NCBI GenBank assembly: GCA_041649975.1
Contig: JBAZMB010000002.1
Span: 1-39,101, forward strand
Reading direction: 5' to 3'
DNA from: Candidatus Margulisiibacteriota bacterium
Lineage (GTDB): Bacteria; Margulisbacteria; WOR-1; O2-12-FULL-45-9; XYB2-FULL-48-7
Length of the DNA: 39,101 bases
A program made the translations under genes and the position numbers. Shown piece after piece: positions 37,501-39,101 of the stretch. Positions within the stretch are counted from its first letter, which is position 1. Each line of letters begins with the position of its first letter. The notes below the pieces were generated by a model. It saw only the letters and a list, made by a program, of their open reading frames with translations, was not told the origin of the DNA and ran no database searches.

Positions 37501-38604
37501 TTATTTAAAAAAGGATTCGACGGCGGAAGAGACCTGATCCAGCTCATTTTCGGTCAATTCAGGGAAAATCGGGAGGGAAAGGACCTCATTTTGAGCTTTT
37601 TCGCTTTCCGGCAGGTCGCCGGCTTTATAACCAAGAAAAGAAAAGACCGGCTGGAGATGGAGGGAGAGCGGATAATAAACCATCGCGCCAATCCCTAACT
37701 TTTTAAGGTATTCCAAGAGAGCGTCCCGCTTAGAAGTGCGGACGGTGAATTGATTAAAGACATGTTTGGCTTTGGGATCCTGATACGGGAGCTGGAGGCC
37801 GGAAATATTTTTAAGACGGGAATAATAATGTTCCGCGTTTTTCCGGCGTGAATCGGCAAGCCGGCCGACCTCTTTCAGTTTAACGCGCAAGATCGCGGCC
37901 TGGAGTTCGTCTAAGCGGCTGTTGTAGCCGATCAGATCGTAATAATATGTTTTGCGGCTTCCATGTCCGCGCAGAACCTTGATCTCATCGGCGACGTTTT
38001 GGTTGTTGGTGACGACCATCCCGCCATCACCGAAGCAACCAAGGTTTTTTGTTGGGAAAAAAGAGAGGCATCCAGCATCTCCGATCGAATTAACTGGTTG
38101 ATCCGCGTATTCAGCGCCGATCGCCTGGCAGCTATCTTCAATTACTTTGAGTTTGTACTGCTTGGCCAGCGCCATAATCGTCACCATGTCGGCGGATTGG
38201 CCGTAAAGATGGACCGGCAGGATAGCTTTGGTCTTTTTCGTGATCTTTTTCTCGATCAACTTAGCTGAAAGATTGAATGTATTTGGCTCAATATCAACAA
38301 ATACCGGGGTAGCCCCAATATAACTGATCGCCTCAATGGTCGCGACGAAGGTAAAAGGGGAGGTGATGATTTCGTCCCCCGCTTTTACGCCGCAGGCACG
38401 CAAAGCCAGGTGGAGAGCGTCTGTTCCGGACGCGACGCCGACTGCGTGGCCAGCTTTTGAAAAAGCCGCGACCTCTTTTTCCAGCTGGGAAACGTTTTCG
38501 CCAAGGATAAAGCGCCCGGAGTTGACCACCGTCGCTATTGCCGATTCAATTTCAGCCTGTTGCGTCTTGTTTTGTCTGGTTATATCAAAGAATGGGACTG
38601 ACAT
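37501..38604 (-). CDS. DegT/DnrJ/EryC1/StrS-family PLP sugar aminotransferase (GnnB/WbpE-like)
   Basis: GENVSQLEKEVAAF, GTDALHLAL, and SFFPTKNLGCFGDGG (PLP lysine). 367 aa. Confidence 0.9.
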   Translation of the reverse strand: MSVPFFDITRQNKTQQAEIESAIATVVNSGRFILGENVSQLEKEVAAFSKAGHAVGVASGTDALHLALRACGVKAGDEIITSPFTFVATIEAISYIGATPVFVDIEPNTFNLSAKLIEKKITKKTKAILPVHLYGQSADMVTIMALAKQYKLKVIEDSCQAIGAEYADQPVNSIGDAGCLSFFPTKNLGCFGDGGMVVTNNQNVADEIKVLRGHGSRKTYYYDLIGYNSRLDELQAAILRVKLKEVGRLADSRRKNAEHYYSRLKNISGLQLPYQDPKAKHVFNQFTVRTSKRDALLEYLKKLGIGAMVYYPLSLHLQPVFSFLGYKAGDLPESEKAQNEVLSLPIFPELTENELDQVSSAVESFFK

Positions 38605-38610
38605 GGAGTG

Positions 38611-38619
38611 ATTATAACA
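38611..38619 (-). promoter_or_regulatory. Extended -10 element TGTTATAAT for the aminotransferase/oxidoreductase/rseP transcript (leaderless-type spacing)
   Basis: The reverse complement of ATTATAACA at 38611-38619 is TGTTATAAT. The -10 ends 6 nt upstream of the ATG at 38604, with no SD. Confidence 0.5.
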
Positions 38620-38836
38620 TAAAAAGATAAAAATCAGAAAAAATATCTCGGAAATATCCCGGTATTTATAAAAAAGAGGAAAGGAATCGTCACTTAATAA
38701 ATAAAAAGCAAAACGCGATAAATAAAATAAAATATACTATAAAAACGGGATAAAAATCAAAGGGAATGGCGTCCTAGAGGTAATGGGTGACGAAAAGAAG
38801 CTGAAAAATACCGGAAAAAGAAGAAGACAACAACGG

Positions 38837-39101
38837 TTAATGGCTCAAAACCTCGGAAATTGATTTTGCCGCTTGACTGATGACCCCGGATTGCCCAAGA
38901 ATATCTTTCAAACGAGAAAACTCGCGCGACATCGCTTCGCGATCCGCTTTGCTGGCAAGTAAAGTAAGGGCCGACTTTGAAATCAAAAAAGGGTTCGCTT
39001 GATCCATGATCAGTTCAGGAATAACTTTTTTATCAAGGACAATATTTGTCATGCAAAAATATTTAATTTTCTTTTCGATCTTTAAAATATATTTGCCGAG
39101 G
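38837..39101 (-). CDS. lpxB: Lipid-A-disaccharide synthase, C-terminal part (5' end lies beyond the window)
   Basis: The frame stays open to the window edge (LGKYILKIEKKIKYFCMTNIVLDKKVIPELIMDQ...). The N.i...k.vPEl.Q pattern and the tail fit the LpxB C-terminus. The M at 39052 in the ORF track is internal. Confidence 0.7.
   Translation of the reverse strand, partial: LGKYILKIEKKIKYFCMTNIVLDKKVIPELIMDQANPFLISKSALTLLASKADREAMSREFSRLKDILGQSGVISQAAKSISEVLSH

Noticed and set aside
38676-38684. GAGGAAAGG string resembling the start of the conserved RNase P RNA GAGGAAAGTCC motif.
   Set aside because: The match ends after GAGGAAAG, and the surrounding sequence is A-rich with none of the P4 or other helices.
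38783-38857. Small basic ORF (MGDEKKLKNTGKRRRQQRLMAQNLGN) on the plus strand in the AT-rich spacer, overlapping the lpxB stop.
   Set aside because: It has no SD or promoter context, is only 26 codons, and overlaps the 3' end of lpxB. It is probably fortuitous.

Overview
This is a compact origin-proximal chromosome segment from a diderm, LPS-making bacterium, apparently of an uncultivated lineage. GC is about 50% by eye (not computed), and many genes overlap by 1-4 nt. The backbone is dnaA-dnaN-DUF721(dciA)-gyrB-gyrA on the minus strand, diverging from rpmH-rnpA-yidD-yidC-jag-mnmE-folD on the plus strand. Also present are pyrH-frr-uppS-cdsA-nadC, a UvrD/PcrA-type helicase, mnmG-skp-lpxD-GT4, hisC, a gcvT-gcvH-gcvPA operon, rseP, and a GnnA/GnnB-like pair next to lpxB (cut by the window end). 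One tRNA-Glu sits at the left edge. I saw no rRNA, CRISPR array, transposase or integrase. Several non-coding structures are not explained by the ORF track. There are three 16-bp parS (ParB/Spo0J centromere) sites at 7.17, 31.96 and 34.65 kb. Two tandem perfect DnaA boxes lie directly in front of folD and one more lies inside folD. The AT-rich dnaA-dnaN spacer has only degenerate boxes and is a candidate oriC. Consensus -10 hexamers recur 6-9 nt upstream of first-gene start codons with no Shine-Dalgarno, suggesting leaderless mRNAs. Unknown or accessory-looking content is concentrated at the left end: a low-GC orphan beside the tRNA, a Big_2/DNRLRE lipoprotein, an unassigned radical SAM enzyme coupled to a DEDDh exonuclease, and a surface protein with a C8 tract. 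There are also three orphan genes: a 7TM-PAS sensor without output, a 325-aa orphan, and a 385-aa kinase-like orphan. I do not see a clear known defence or mobile system. The radical SAM/exonuclease pair and the tRNA-adjacent orphan are the best candidates for something undescribed, and both are hypotheses only.
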